From: Propionibacteriaceae bacterium
GTDB lineage: Bacteria > Actinomycetota > Actinomycetes > Propionibacteriales > Propionibacteriaceae
Length of the DNA stretch: 64,000 nucleotides
Assembly: GCA_030532575.1 (NCBI GenBank)
Contig: JAUNKV010000004.1
Location: forward strand, 53,243-117,242
Direction of reading: 5' to 3'
In this document: positions 1-9,655 of the stretch, piece after piece
How the letters are laid out: each line of letters starts with the position of its first letter
How positions within the stretch are numbered: position 1 is the stretch's first letter
Notes under the pieces: generated by a model
Databases searched by the model: none
What the model was told of the DNA's origin: nothing
Seen by the model: only the letters and a program-made list of their open reading frames with translations
Translations under genes and position numbers: made by a program

Positions 1-2
1 GG

Positions 3-545
3 CTGTGGCCCCGGCTGTTCGCGATCTGCGCCGACGAGGATTTCGCCCGGGTGCTCGGAATGCGCGTGAGGCTGCTCAACCTGCTCGTGGTCGTGGTGGC
101 CGCGATCACCGTCACCATCTCCATGCGCACCGTCGGCCTGCTGCTCATCAGCGCCCTCATGGTGATCCCCGTGGCCACCTCCCAGCAGCTGTTCGTCAGC
201 TTCCGCTCCGCCCTGCTCGGGGCGATGGCGGTGGGAGTGATCGCAGCGGTCGGTGGCACCGTCGGCTCGTACCATCTGAACACCGCGACCGGAGCCACCA
301 TCGTGGTCACCGCCATCGTGTTGCTGGGGATGGCCACCGCCGTGGGCACGCTGATCCAGCGGCGCAGTCGCCGGGTGGTGTTCATCCCCGATCACGGTGA
401 ACATCCGCATATTCCCGCTGAGCCCCACTCCGATGCCCGGCGCTCTTCCGGTAAGGTGACGGTCATCCAGCACGGTGACCACCTGGACGAAATCGTGGGG
501 GTTCACCGACATGCCCGGCACGGAGACCACTATGACGAGCACTAA
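3..545 (+). CDS. znuB: ABC-3 family metal (Zn/Mn) ABC transporter permease, 5'-truncated at window edge
   Basis: Frame-3 translation 'LWPRLFAICADEDFARVLGMRV...' continues into ORF 51..545, which is polytopic, hydrophobic and ZnuB/MntB-like. A Fur-family (Zur) gene follows immediately. Confidence 0.75.
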   Translation: MWPRLFAICADEDFARVLGMRVRLLNLLVVVVAAITVTISMRTVGLLLISALMVIPVATSQQLFVSFRSALLGAMAVGVIAAVGGTVGSYHLNTATGATIVVTAIVLLGMATAVGTLIQRRSRRVVFIPDHGEHPHIPAEPHSDARRSSGKVTVIQHGDHLDEIVGVHRHARHGDHYDEH

Positions 546-927
546 CACCCGCAACACCTGGCAGCGGGCCGCGATTCGCGCCCTGTTGGCGAACACGGAG
601 GAGTTCCGTACCGCAGCCCAGATCCATGCGGAGTTGCGCCACGTGGGCGACAAGGTCGGCCTGGCCACCGTCTACCGGGCGCTGCAGACCATGAGTGACA
701 ACGGTGATCTCGACGTGCTGCGCACCCCGGAGGGTGAGGCGGCCTACCGGATGTGCTCCAGCGGGCACCACCACCACCTGGTGTGCCGTTCCTGCGGCAC
801 AGCCGTCGAGATCGCCGGGGAGGCCGTGGAGCGCTGGGCCAACGAGGTGGCACAGGAACACGGCTTCAGCGATGCCGGCCACGACCTGGAGATCTTCGGG
901 CTGTGCCGCAGCTGCACCAAGGGCTGA
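511..927 (+). CDS. zur: Fur-family zinc uptake regulator (Zur)
   Basis: ORF 475..927 has a Fur-like HTH ('ATVYRALQ') and a C-terminal HHHH...CRSCG...CRSC metal site. ATG at 511 gives about 138 aa and overlaps the permease 3' end. Confidence 0.8.
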   Translation: MPGTETTMTSTNTRNTWQRAAIRALLANTEEFRTAAQIHAELRHVGDKVGLATVYRALQTMSDNGDLDVLRTPEGEAAYRMCSSGHHHHLVCRSCGTAVEIAGEAVERWANEVAQEHGFSDAGHDLEIFGLCRSCTKG

Positions 928-937
928 CCTCGACACT

Positions 938-1672
938 TCACAGAGCACTTCCCTCCAGGAAGGGCAGGGATCGAAGGGAGCGGTCCAGGTGCCAGCCTGC
1001 GAAGGCCCCCACGATGCCGTGGGCCCGGGACCGCAGGTTGGGGGCCACCGCGCAGACGTGGTCCCAGTCCCCCGCCAGCAGCGCCCCGATGAGGGCGAGC
1101 AGCTCAGGGCTGGCCGAGGCCGACCCCTGGGCCCGGCAGGTCGGGCACACCGCACCACCGAGCTGGGGGGAGAACCACCTGAGGTCCTCGGTGTCACCGC
1201 AGCTCACGCAGGCCTGAACCGTCGTGGCCCAGCCCGCCGCGGCCAGGGCGCGCAGCAGGTAGGAATCGACCACCGCCATCGCCGGGAGCTGGCCGCGCCC
1301 CAGCGCGATGAGCGCCCCCAGCAGGAGCCGGTACTGGCTCAGCGACGGGGAACGGTCCTCGCTCACGATCCGATCCGCGGCCTCCACCAGCACCTGGGCC
1401 GCACAGAATCGGTCGTAGTCGGAGCCGAGCATCGGTGGGTGCAACGACTCCACCTGGGTGATGGTGTCCAGCGATCCGCGCCCCTCGACCAGCTGGACGT
1501 CCACGTGGCTGAACAGCTCCAGCCGGGCCCCGAACTTGGAGCCGCTGCGCCGCACCCCCTTCGCCACGGCACGGACCTTGCCGTACTCGCGGGTGAACAG
1601 CGAGATGATCCGGTCAGCCTCCCCCAGCTTCCAGGTGTGCAGCACGACGGCCTCGGTGCGGTAGGTGCGCAT
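938..1672 (-). CDS. recO: DNA repair protein RecO
   Basis: N-terminus 'MRTYRTEAVVLHTWKLGEADRIISLFTREYGKVRAVAKGVRR' is a canonical RecO N-domain, with a C-terminal zinc motif CVSCG...CPTC. Start chosen at the internal ATG. Confidence 0.85.
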   Translation of the reverse strand: MRTYRTEAVVLHTWKLGEADRIISLFTREYGKVRAVAKGVRRSGSKFGARLELFSHVDVQLVEGRGSLDTITQVESLHPPMLGSDYDRFCAAQVLVEAADRIVSEDRSPSLSQYRLLLGALIALGRGQLPAMAVVDSYLLRALAAAGWATTVQACVSCGDTEDLRWFSPQLGGAVCPTCRAQGSASASPELLALIGALLAGDWDHVCAVAPNLRSRAHGIVGAFAGWHLDRSLRSLPFLEGSAL

Positions 1673-1676
1673 GGGA

Positions 1677-2372
1677 TCAGGACTCGTCGTGCTCGTGGGA
1701 GGACTGGACCTCCACCACACCGGGTATCTGGGCCAGCGTGTGGATCAGTGGGGCGAAGGAACCGCCCTGGCTGTGCAGCTCGATCCGCACCCGCTGTGTG
1801 GGGAAGGGCACATCGTCGGAATCGTGGGGCAGCACCTTGAGATGATCCATCATCACCGCGTGGTCGCCGATGGCGGTCATGATGTCGCGCAGCACCCCCT
1901 TGCCGTCACGGTAGGTGATCCACACCGTCTCGACGGTGGAACGGGCGTGTGGCAGGCGACGTCGCAGCGGCTGCAGGCCGACGACCGCCAGCATGTAGAG
2001 CACCGTCCCGGCAATCGCGATGTCGATGGTCCCGGCCCCTGCCGCCATCCCGACCGCCGCGACCAGCCAGATGCAGGCCGCAGTCGTCAGGCCCCGCACG
2101 GAGTCGCGACGCACGAAGATGAGCCCGGCTCCCATGAAACCGATCCCGGAGACGATCTGGGCCGCCACCCGGGAGCCGTCCACATTGGTGACGGTCAATC
2201 CTGGCAGCAGCCACTCACCGTGCCGGGAGACCGCGGTGAACAGCGCCGACCCCAGTCCGACCAGCGCGCAGGTCCTGATCCCCGCCGGTTTCGAGTTGAA
2301 CTCCCGCTCCAGCCCGATGGCCGCCGACAAGACGGTGGCCAGGGCCAGCTCCGCGATGACCATCCAGTGCAC
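1677..2372 (-). CDS. MgtC/SapB family membrane protein
   Basis: 231-aa polytopic protein 'LERE...GIRT..LVGLGSALF...GIGFMGAGLI' with an MgtC signature, directly upstream of recO on the same strand. Confidence 0.7.
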   Translation of the reverse strand: MHWMVIAELALATVLSAAIGLEREFNSKPAGIRTCALVGLGSALFTAVSRHGEWLLPGLTVTNVDGSRVAAQIVSGIGFMGAGLIFVRRDSVRGLTTAACIWLVAAVGMAAGAGTIDIAIAGTVLYMLAVVGLQPLRRRLPHARSTVETVWITYRDGKGVLRDIMTAIGDHAVMMDHLKVLPHDSDDVPFPTQRVRIELHSQGGSFAPLIHTLAQIPGVVEVQSSHEHDES

Positions 2373-2425
2373 TGACCCCTCCTTGTCCTCGACCGAGCAG
2401 AGGACCAGTCTATGGGCCGGATCAC

Positions 2426-3613
2426 TCAGCCTTGGCAGAGTGTGGTCTCCAGTGTGTCCTCCAGCTGTGCGAACAAGGGCATGATCCGTTCCACATCAGT
2501 CGGGTCCTCGACGAGCGCGAGAGGAATTGCCGTGGTCACCAGGGTCATGGCGGTCCCATCGGGTCCAACGGCGTTGATGCTCTGGTACCCATGGATGGTT
2601 CCCCCGTGTCCCCAGGCCTCGCCGCAGCTCAGCGAACTCTTGATCAGTCCCAGCCCGTACTCACTGCCCTCCTGATCCGTGGTGACGGTGCGCTGCATCT
2701 CGGCCAGGCTCTCCGCCGAGAGCAGGGTGCCATCGAGCAGGGCCTGGAAGAAGATGTTGAGCTCTCCCGGGGTCGAGACCATGGAACCGGCCGCCCACCC
2801 CCAGGCCGGTTCCATCTCCGTGACATCGACCAGCTCCCCCGAGACGTCGCGATGATAGCCCTGCGGATGCGCACCCCGAAGGAACCGCTCACCAGGATGG
2901 GGCATGTAGGTGTTGTGCAGTCCGAGGGGCTGCACGATCCGCTGGTCGATCTGCTCACTCACCGTGCGTCTGGTCACCTTCTCGATGAGCATTCCCAGCA
3001 CGATGTAGTTCGTGTTGGTGTAGGCGTAGCGGTCACCGGGCTCGAAGGCAGCTGGTTTGGCCAGGGCGACATCGAGCAACTCCCGGGGAGAGAGGTAGTC
3101 GTTGCGATGCTCGATGAAGTCCCCTGTCGGCACCACGGTGTCGGTGTACTCCGGCAACCCTGAGGTGTGTTGCAGCAGCTGACGCACCGTGATCCGTGAG
3201 CCGTCGACGCCTTCGCCCCGAAGCAGACCCGGTAGGTGGGTCTCCACCGGCTCATCGAGCTGCACCCGGCCCTCCTGGACCAGCTGCATCACCACCACCG
3301 CCACGAAGGTCTTGGTGTTCGACCCGATGCGCACCTGCCCGTTCACCGGGGCCGACGCGCCAGTGTCCTTGTCCCCGAGGCCCACGGCCACCCCGGTGGA
3401 GCCGCCCTGGGCATCAGTGACGGTCGCCAGGACAGCCGGGTATCCCACCTCCAACAGGGCGCCCATCCGGGTCTGCAGGGACTGCTCCGACGGTGTTGCC
3501 GCAGCAGGGACAGTGGTCAGGCCCGTCATGCCGAGCCCGAGGGCTCCGATCAGCGACGCTGCCACAAGGCGTGTGGAGTGGCTTCGGTACGGTGTGTTGT
3601 TCACAGTGTTCAT
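2426..3613 (-). CDS. Secreted serine hydrolase, beta-lactamase/D-Ala-D-Ala carboxypeptidase (class C-like) family
   Basis: 'GSNTKTFVAVVVMQLVQEGRV' contains the S-x-x-K active-site motif. Signal-peptide-like N-terminus from ATG at 3613 ('MNTVNNTPYRSHSTRLVAASLIGALGLG'). The long upstream extension of the ORF was rejected. Confidence 0.75.
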   Translation of the reverse strand: MNTVNNTPYRSHSTRLVAASLIGALGLGMTGLTTVPAAATPSEQSLQTRMGALLEVGYPAVLATVTDAQGGSTGVAVGLGDKDTGASAPVNGQVRIGSNTKTFVAVVVMQLVQEGRVQLDEPVETHLPGLLRGEGVDGSRITVRQLLQHTSGLPEYTDTVVPTGDFIEHRNDYLSPRELLDVALAKPAAFEPGDRYAYTNTNYIVLGMLIEKVTRRTVSEQIDQRIVQPLGLHNTYMPHPGERFLRGAHPQGYHRDVSGELVDVTEMEPAWGWAAGSMVSTPGELNIFFQALLDGTLLSAESLAEMQRTVTTDQEGSEYGLGLIKSSLSCGEAWGHGGTIHGYQSINAVGPDGTAMTLVTTAIPLALVEDPTDVERIMPLFAQLEDTLETTLCQG

Positions 3614-3736
3614 ACCCTCAATCCTTCCCACCGTGGGCTCGGGGGACCATGGGGGCAGCTGGTCAAATCCCTGTCCGGGTGGCTTCATGAGATGGTGCCC
3701 GCAGCCCGACATGACTTTCGCAACAGGCCCTAGGCT

Positions 3737-4501
3737 GTGCTCATGGCTCCTCTTGCTCCCACCCCCCACCCTTCTGGCGCCCGTCCCCCGGCGCTTCCCT
3801 CGACCAAGCTGCCGAAACACGTGGCCATCGTCATGGATGGCAACGGCCGGTGGGCCAAACAGCGGGGTCTGAAACGCACGGAGGGCCACGCCCGGGGGGA
3901 GGCCGCCCTGCTGGATGTCATCCACGGGGCCATCGAGCTGGGCATCCCCTATCTCTCGGCCTATGCCTTCTCCACCGAGAACTGGAAGCGCTCCCCCGAC
4001 GAGGTGCGCTGGCTGATGGGCTTCAACCGCGACGTGATCCACCGTCGCCGTGACGAGCTGCACGCCCTGGGGGTGCGCATCCGGTGGGCCGGGAGGCGGC
4101 CCCGGCTGTGGGGTTCGGTGATCCGGGAGCTGGAGGAGGCCGAGGCGCTGAGCCAGCACAACTCCACCCTCACCCTCCAGTTCTGCGTCAACTACGGCGG
4201 CCGCGCGGAGATCGTGGACGCAGCCCGCGAGATCGCCCGGCTCGCCAAGGAGGGCAGGCTGGACCCCAACCGCCTCACCGAGGAACGGTTCCGGCGCTTC
4301 CTCGACGAGCCGGAGATTCCCGATGTCGATCTGTTCCTGCGCTCGTCGGGGGAGCAGCGCACCTCGAACTTCCTGCTGTGGCAGTCGGCCTACGCCGAGT
4401 TCATCTTCATGGATCGGCTGTGGCCGGACTTCGACCGCCGGGACCTGTGGGCAGCCGTCGAGCAGTACGTCACCCGGGAGCGACGCTTCGGCACCGCCTG
4501 A
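3737..4501 (+). CDS. uppS: Isoprenyl transferase (undecaprenyl-diphosphate synthase)
   Basis: '[17 protein letters not shown]...EGH' and 'NYGGRAEI' are conserved cis-prenyltransferase motifs. Confidence 0.9.
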   Translation: MLMAPLAPTPHPSGARPPALPSTKLPKHVAIVMDGNGRWAKQRGLKRTEGHARGEAALLDVIHGAIELGIPYLSAYAFSTENWKRSPDEVRWLMGFNRDVIHRRRDELHALGVRIRWAGRRPRLWGSVIRELEEAEALSQHNSTLTLQFCVNYGGRAEIVDAAREIARLAKEGRLDPNRLTEERFRRFLDEPEIPDVDLFLRSSGEQRTSNFLLWQSAYAEFIFMDRLWPDFDRRDLWAAVEQYVTRERRFGTA

Positions 4502-4534
4502 AAGGGCGCACGGTGCGGTTCAGAACGGCGCGGC

Positions 4535-5446
4535 TCAGAACAGCACCGTGGACAGCCGACGGCGCGCCTTCAGCACCTCGGGGGCGCTGCGACCCACGAT
4601 CTCGAACAGCTCCAGCAGCCGCACCCGGATGGTCTCCTTGTCCTCCGGGCCCACCTCCGCGGCGAGCCCGAGCAGCCGGTCGAAGGCGGCTTCATTCGCC
4701 CCCTGGATGACCTCCAGGTCCGCGGCATCCAGTTGCGCTGCGATGTCATCGGGACGCTCCTTGGCGGCACTCACCACTGCAGCCCCGTCGAAGTTCACCG
4801 AGCGGGCCAACAGCGCCGCCTGGGCACGCCCGGCGATCACCTCGGGATCCCCGGGGGTGGCCGCCAGCAGCGCGTCGAACTCCTCGACCGCCTGGGCGTA
4901 GTCCCCCGCTGCCAGGGCTGCATCGGCCTTGTCGAAACGGGGATCAGCCTGGGGAGCCTGCTCCTGAGCACTCGGCGCCATCCCGATGGGCTGGGCCCGG
5001 CCGGTCAGCCCGTTGGCCACCGCGACCTGGGCCACCTGGTCCAGCATCGCAGCGATCTCGGCACGCTCCCGGGTGCCCTGGAACAAGGGGGCCAACTGCC
5101 CGCCGATCAGGGCAACCACCGTCGGCACGGCCGCGATTCCCAGCGCCTCGGCCAGGCGGGGCTCCGCATCGATGTTGACCCGGGCCAGCAGGAAACGACC
5201 ATCGGCGGCGTTGACCACCTCGGCCAGGGCCTGGCCAACACCTTGGCCAGCCACGTCCTTGGCGGAGTGGAACTCCACGATCACCGGATGCTGCATGGAC
5301 AGCCCCAGCAGCTGCTGGAACCCGGCCTCGGTGACATCGGTGACATAGGTCGCGGTGGCGCCCCCGGGAGCCGCCGCAGCGGTGGCCTTCGAGGCGAGCG
5401 CGGACAGGTCGACGGCACCGGGACGTGAGAAGTTCGGGTCACTCAT
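4535..5446 (-). CDS. Thioredoxin-domain protein with TPR-like C-terminal region (YbbN/CnoX-like co-chaperone)
   Basis: Thioredoxin fold N-terminus with an Ala-rich TPR-like C-terminus. Start at 5446 ('MSDPNFSRPG'); the upstream extension was rejected. Confidence 0.65.
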   Translation of the reverse strand: MSDPNFSRPGAVDLSALASKATAAAAPGGATATYVTDVTEAGFQQLLGLSMQHPVIVEFHSAKDVAGQGVGQALAEVVNAADGRFLLARVNIDAEPRLAEALGIAAVPTVVALIGGQLAPLFQGTRERAEIAAMLDQVAQVAVANGLTGRAQPIGMAPSAQEQAPQADPRFDKADAALAAGDYAQAVEEFDALLAATPGDPEVIAGRAQAALLARSVNFDGAAVVSAAKERPDDIAAQLDAADLEVIQGANEAAFDRLLGLAAEVGPEDKETIRVRLLELFEIVGRSAPEVLKARRRLSTVLF

Positions 5447-5504
5447 GCCCCCAATCTTGTCGGGCCTGACCAAATCGGACAACCGGGGATGCAAGGATGG
5501 GGTC

Positions 5505-7136
5505 ATGGCACACGAGCGCGCGGGCCAGGTGGCCCAGGAATCCGATCTCATCGACGTCGAGGCCCTGCTGGCGGCCTACCACGACCGGGTCCCCGACCCG
5601 GAAAACCCCGATCAGCGGGTCACCTTCGGGACCTCCGGGCACCGGGGCTCCAGCCTGGACCTGGCCTTCAACGACCTGCACATCGCCGCAACCACCCAGG
5701 CCATCGTCGAGTACCGACGCGGCCAAGGTGTCGCAGGCCCCCTGTTCATCGGCAAGGACACCCACGCGCTGTCCCTGCCAGCCTGGACCACCGCCATCGA
5801 GGTGCTGGTGGCCAACGACGTGGTGGTGCTGGCCGAGCGGGAGGACGAGTACACCCCCACCCCGGCGGTCTCCCGGGCGATCATCCGCTACAACCGGGAG
5901 CATCCCGACAAGGTGGCCGACGGCATCATCGTGACCCCCTCCCACAACCCGCCCCGCGACGGCGGGTTCAAGTACAACCCGCCCACCGGCGGCCCGGCTG
6001 ACACCGATGCCACCAGCTGGATCGCAGCCAGGGCCAACGAGCTCATGGCCAGCCCCGGCCAGATCCGCCGGATGTCCTACGCGAAGGCTTCCCCACGGGT
6101 GAACCGCTACGACTACCGCACGCCGTACTGCACGGAGCTGGCGGCGGTGCTGGACCTCGAGGCCATCGCATCGGCCGGGGTCAGGATCGGGGCCGACCCG
6201 ATGGGCGGGGCCTCCGTCCAGTACTGGCAGCACCTGGCCGAGCACGCGGGGCTGAACCTCACCGTCGTCAACCCCGAGGTCGATCCGACGTGGCGTTTCA
6301 TGACCCTGGACACCGACGGCAAGATCCGCATGGACTGCTCCTCCCCCGACGCGATGGCCTCCCTGATCGCCAATCGGGATCGCTTCGACATCGCCACGGG
6401 CAACGACGCGGATTCCGACCGGCACGGGATCGTGACCCCTGACGCCGGCCTGATGAATCCCAACGCCTTCCTCGCGGTGGCGATCAACCACCTGTTCACG
6501 CACCGTCCCGGCTGGTCAGCCGATGCCGGGGTCGGCAAGACCCTGGTCTCGAGCTCCATCATCGACAAGGTGGCGGCGAAGATCGGGCGTCGTCTGGTGG
6601 AGGTCCCCGTCGGGTTCAAGTGGTTCGTTCCCGGCCTCACCGACGGCTCGCTCGGCTTCGGGGGCGAGGAGTCCGCCGGGGCCTCCTTCCTCGACCGCGA
6701 GGGCCGCACCTGGACCACCGACAAGGACGGCATCCTGCTGGCCCTGCTGGCCAGCGAGATCCTGGCGGTCACGGGACGCTCCCCCAGCCAGCTCTACTCC
6801 GACCTGGAGGCCGAGTTCGGCACCTCCTGCTACGCCCGGGTGGACGCTGATGCCGACCGGGAGCAGAAGGCCCGGCTGGCCGCACTCTCCGCTGCGGATG
6901 TCTCGGCGACGGAGCTGGCCGGTGAACCGATCACCGCGATCCTCACCACAGCCCCCGGCAACGGGGCACCGATCGGCGGAATCAAGGTGACCACCGAGTC
7001 CGGCTGGTTCGCGGCACGCCCCTCCGGCACCGAGGACAAGTACAAGATCTACGCCGAGTCGCTGCGCGACGCCCAGCACCTGGCCCAACTCCAGGTCGAG
7101 GCAAAGGTCGTCGTCGACGCCGCCCTCCAGGGCTGA
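5505..7136 (+). CDS. pgm: Phosphoglucomutase (alpha-D-glucose phosphate-specific)
   Basis: 'GTSGHRG' phosphoserine-loop motif and 'GGPADTD' sugar-binding motif. ATG at 5505 is preceded by an AAGGATGGGG RBS. About 543 aa. Confidence 0.9.
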   Translation: MAHERAGQVAQESDLIDVEALLAAYHDRVPDPENPDQRVTFGTSGHRGSSLDLAFNDLHIAATTQAIVEYRRGQGVAGPLFIGKDTHALSLPAWTTAIEVLVANDVVVLAEREDEYTPTPAVSRAIIRYNREHPDKVADGIIVTPSHNPPRDGGFKYNPPTGGPADTDATSWIAARANELMASPGQIRRMSYAKASPRVNRYDYRTPYCTELAAVLDLEAIASAGVRIGADPMGGASVQYWQHLAEHAGLNLTVVNPEVDPTWRFMTLDTDGKIRMDCSSPDAMASLIANRDRFDIATGNDADSDRHGIVTPDAGLMNPNAFLAVAINHLFTHRPGWSADAGVGKTLVSSSIIDKVAAKIGRRLVEVPVGFKWFVPGLTDGSLGFGGEESAGASFLDREGRTWTTDKDGILLALLASEILAVTGRSPSQLYSDLEAEFGTSCYARVDADADREQKARLAALSAADVSATELAGEPITAILTTAPGNGAPIGGIKVTTESGWFAARPSGTEDKYKIYAESLRDAQHLAQLQVEAKVVVDAALQG

Positions 7137-7138
7137 AC

Positions 7139-7180
7139 CGGATGCGGCTGCAGGGATTCAGACCCCTGCAGCCGCATCCG
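7139..7180. terminator. Bidirectional rho-independent-type hairpin between convergent pgm and the PH-domain protein gene
   Basis: A perfect 17-bp inverted repeat 'cggatgcggctgcaggg' / 'ccctgcagccgcatccg' with a 7-nt loop. It overlaps the stop codon of the minus-strand gene. Confidence 0.55.
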
Positions 7181-7706
7181 AGTCCCGCATCTCCATCTTC
7201 TTGCGCAGACCCGAACGCTGGATGACCTCCTGGATCTTCAGGTCCCGCTTCCCCGGAGCCGCGATGTAGCGGATCTCCCGAAGCCCCTGGGCCTGGGCGG
7301 CCGACTCGAAGACCAGGTGGCCGTAGTCGAGAATCTTGCCCCAGAACGGCTGCTCCATCGAGATATCAAGAATTCGGGTCATCGGCATCGTCGCCAGATG
7401 GGTGTTGAACACCCCGTGGATGCGAAACACCCGCATGTTGGTGATGACGAATCGGTCCATGTGGTAGACGTGGGCCTTCCACATCCCCAGGGCCAGCACA
7501 CCGAGCCCCAACAGCATCGGGATCCAGAACAGCCCGCCCATGTAGGTCATCAGGATGAACAACGGAATGCTGGTGGCCATGAGCAAGGCCCACGGCACCA
7601 CCACCACCCAGTGCTTCTGGACGTTGTCGATGACCCGCTCGCCCTCCTCGTCGAGGAGATGCTGGTCCACGTCGGGGTCCAGCATCGCACCGATCAACCC
7701 CGCCAT
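7158..7706 (-). CDS. Bacterial PH-domain (bPH_2/YdbT-like) membrane protein
   Basis: Two N-terminal TM helices followed by a soluble domain. A typical small PH-domain membrane protein. Confidence 0.55.
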   Translation of the reverse strand: MAGLIGAMLDPDVDQHLLDEEGERVIDNVQKHWVVVVPWALLMATSIPLFILMTYMGGLFWIPMLLGLGVLALGMWKAHVYHMDRFVITNMRVFRIHGVFNTHLATMPMTRILDISMEQPFWGKILDYGHLVFESAAQAQGLREIRYIAAPGKRDLKIQEVIQRSGLRKKMEMRDSDAAAGV

Positions 7707-7714
7707 GACGAGGC

Positions 7715-7873
7715 CTACCGGTTTGCGAGCTGGTTGAAGAACCTCGCGATGGACTCAAATCCTCCGAAGAAGGCCTTGACCGCGTTCGCGGCGTCCTCAG
7801 GCCGGGTGAAGAGATAGAAGACCACGAAGGACACGCCAAGCACGACAAGGACCTTCTTGATCCAGCCAACCAT
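7715..7873 (-). CDS. Small (52 aa) single-TM membrane protein
   Basis: 'MVGWIKKVLVVLGVSFVVFYLFTRPEDAANAVKAFF...': a hydrophobic helix then an amphipathic tail. ATG at 7873; the upstream extension was rejected. Confidence 0.4.
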   Translation of the reverse strand: MVGWIKKVLVVLGVSFVVFYLFTRPEDAANAVKAFFGGFESIARFFNQLANR

Positions 7874-8022
7874 GATGCCTCCAGGTCTCAGGGTGGGAAG
7901 AGGGCTGCAACCAACACCCACCAGTGTGCCACGTAGCCGGGAGTTCGCAGGCCGACGCGCCGCCGGGGCCTCTCGGGGACCCGGCTGGGGGCTCGGACGA
8001 CAGGGGTGGAAGAATGTGCCTC

Positions 8023-8472
8023 ATGGAGAATCAAGACCTGTTCATCTGCATCGATCACGTCGGCCTGGCCGTCCCTGACCTCGACGAGGCCATCAAGTTC
8101 CACACCGAGGTCCTCGGCTGGCGGGAACTCCACCGTGAGGTCAACGAGGAGCAGGGCGTGGCCGAGGCCATGATCGGCACCGGAGACCAGGGAGAGGAGA
8201 ACGGCAAGATCCAGCTGCTCGCTCCCCTGAACGAGGACTCCACCATCGCCAAGTGGCTGGGACGCAACGGCGGGCCCGGTATCCAGCAGCTGGCCTACCG
8301 CGTCCACGACATCGACCACGTCTGCGCGGTCCTGCGCGAGCGTGGCCTGCGACTGCTCTACCCCGAGCCCAAGCGTGGCACCGCGAACTCGCGCATCAAC
8401 TTCGTGCACCCGAAGGATGCCGGTGGCGTGCTGCTGGAGCTCGTCGAGCCCGCCAAGGACGCCTCCCACTGA
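8023..8472 (+). CDS. mce: Methylmalonyl-CoA epimerase (VOC/glyoxalase family)
   Basis: 'IDHVGLAV...EAMIG...IQLLAPL...GGPGIQQLAYRVHDID...GVLLELVEP' matches Mce. ATG at 8023. Confidence 0.8.
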   Translation: MENQDLFICIDHVGLAVPDLDEAIKFHTEVLGWRELHREVNEEQGVAEAMIGTGDQGEENGKIQLLAPLNEDSTIAKWLGRNGGPGIQQLAYRVHDIDHVCAVLRERGLRLLYPEPKRGTANSRINFVHPKDAGGVLLELVEPAKDASH

Positions 8473-8575
8473 GCGATTTTCCCCGCCCCGGCCGGTGGCT
8501 CATCTGGAACCACCGGCCCTTCGGGGTCCACTCAGGGTAGGCTCAAGCTGTTCGTTCCGACGCCAGGAGACACAC

Positions 8576-9655
8576 ATGACCGACGCCCGCACCGATCACG
8601 ACGAGTCGTCACCCGGGCTGAACCTGTTCGACGCCCCGGCCGCCGCAGCAACCAGCGGCTTCCCGACGACGATGCTCGGCTATGACCGTCAAGCCGTGGA
8701 CCAGTACGTCCGCGAGACCGAGAACCGGATCGTGGAACTCAAGGTGCAGTTGCGGGAGCAGAAGCTCACGACGGATCATGTCCAGGAGCAGGTGGGGACG
8801 ACTGACTTCGGGCGGCTCGGGGCCCACACCCGTGGACTGCTCGAGGCCGCGGAGGCCCAGGCTGCCGAGCTCGTGAGGCAGGCCGAGGAGGAGGCGGACC
8901 GCATCCGTTCGGAGGCCAGGCGCGCGGCGGCTGAGACCCGCGAAGCCGCCCAGCAGGAAGCTGACGACGTCCGACTGACCGGGCTGTCCAGCCTGCGCAA
9001 GCTCCGCCAGGAGCAGGCCGAGGCTGGACAGGCCGCCCTGGAGGCCGCCCGCCGGGACGCCCACCTGATCCGTGTCGAGGCGGAGGCCCGCGCCAAGTCC
9101 CTCATCGAGGAGACCGAAACCAAGATCGCAGCCGAATCCGAGGCCGCCCGGGTCCAGGCCGCACGTCTACGCCAAGAGGCGGAACGTGACGCCGTGGCCA
9201 CCAGGCTCGCCGTCGAGAACGACACCACCCAGGCGCTGAAGAAGCAGCAGGATGCCGCCGATGCGGCCGAGAAGACCGTGAACACCCACCTGGAGCGGGC
9301 CCGTCAGATGGCCGACGAGGCCGTCAAGCAGCTGGAGACCGCCCGGTTGGAGAGCCTGGGCATCCGTGAGACCGCCATCACTGAGGCGGAGGAGCTCAGG
9401 GTTGCCGCCACCCGGGAGTGTGAAGAGAGCTTGGCGACGATGCGCCAGGAGCTCAGCGACAAGCGCGCCGAGCTGGAGGAGCAGATCGCCTGGCGCAAGG
9501 AACAGCTGGAGCGTGAGATCGCTGCCCTCACGGCGCGACGTGCCTCGATCGTGGCCTCCATGCAGAACCTCAAGGCCATCGCCGCGGAGGCCGAGGCCGC
9601 CCCCGAGGACGAGGAGACCATCCCCCAGCTGCGCAACACCGAGAAGGCCACGTGA
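8576..9655 (+). CDS. DivIVA-domain coiled-coil protein
   Basis: N-terminal 'MLGYDRQAVDQYVRETE' is a DivIVA motif, then a long Ala/Glu/Arg-rich coiled coil. AGGAGA RBS before ATG at 8576. Confidence 0.7.
   Translation: MTDARTDHDESSPGLNLFDAPAAAATSGFPTTMLGYDRQAVDQYVRETENRIVELKVQLREQKLTTDHVQEQVGTTDFGRLGAHTRGLLEAAEAQAAELVRQAEEEADRIRSEARRAAAETREAAQQEADDVRLTGLSSLRKLRQEQAEAGQAALEAARRDAHLIRVEAEARAKSLIEETETKIAAESEAARVQAARLRQEAERDAVATRLAVENDTTQALKKQQDAADAAEKTVNTHLERARQMADEAVKQLETARLESLGIRETAITEAEELRVAATRECEESLATMRQELSDKRAELEEQIAWRKEQLEREIAALTARRASIVASMQNLKAIAAEAEAAPEDEETIPQLRNTEKAT

Noticed and set aside
695-1840. 381-aa plus-strand ORF
   Set aside because: Antisense to recO. The recO frame carries the recognisable motifs.
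2426-4159. Full 577-aa extent of the serine hydrolase ORF
   Set aside because: The upstream 180 aa are Pro/Gly/Arg-rich shadow sequence overlapping the divergent uppS promoter region. The internal ATG at 3613 gives a proper signal peptide.
5439-6503. 354-aa minus-strand ORF
   Set aside because: Antisense to pgm.
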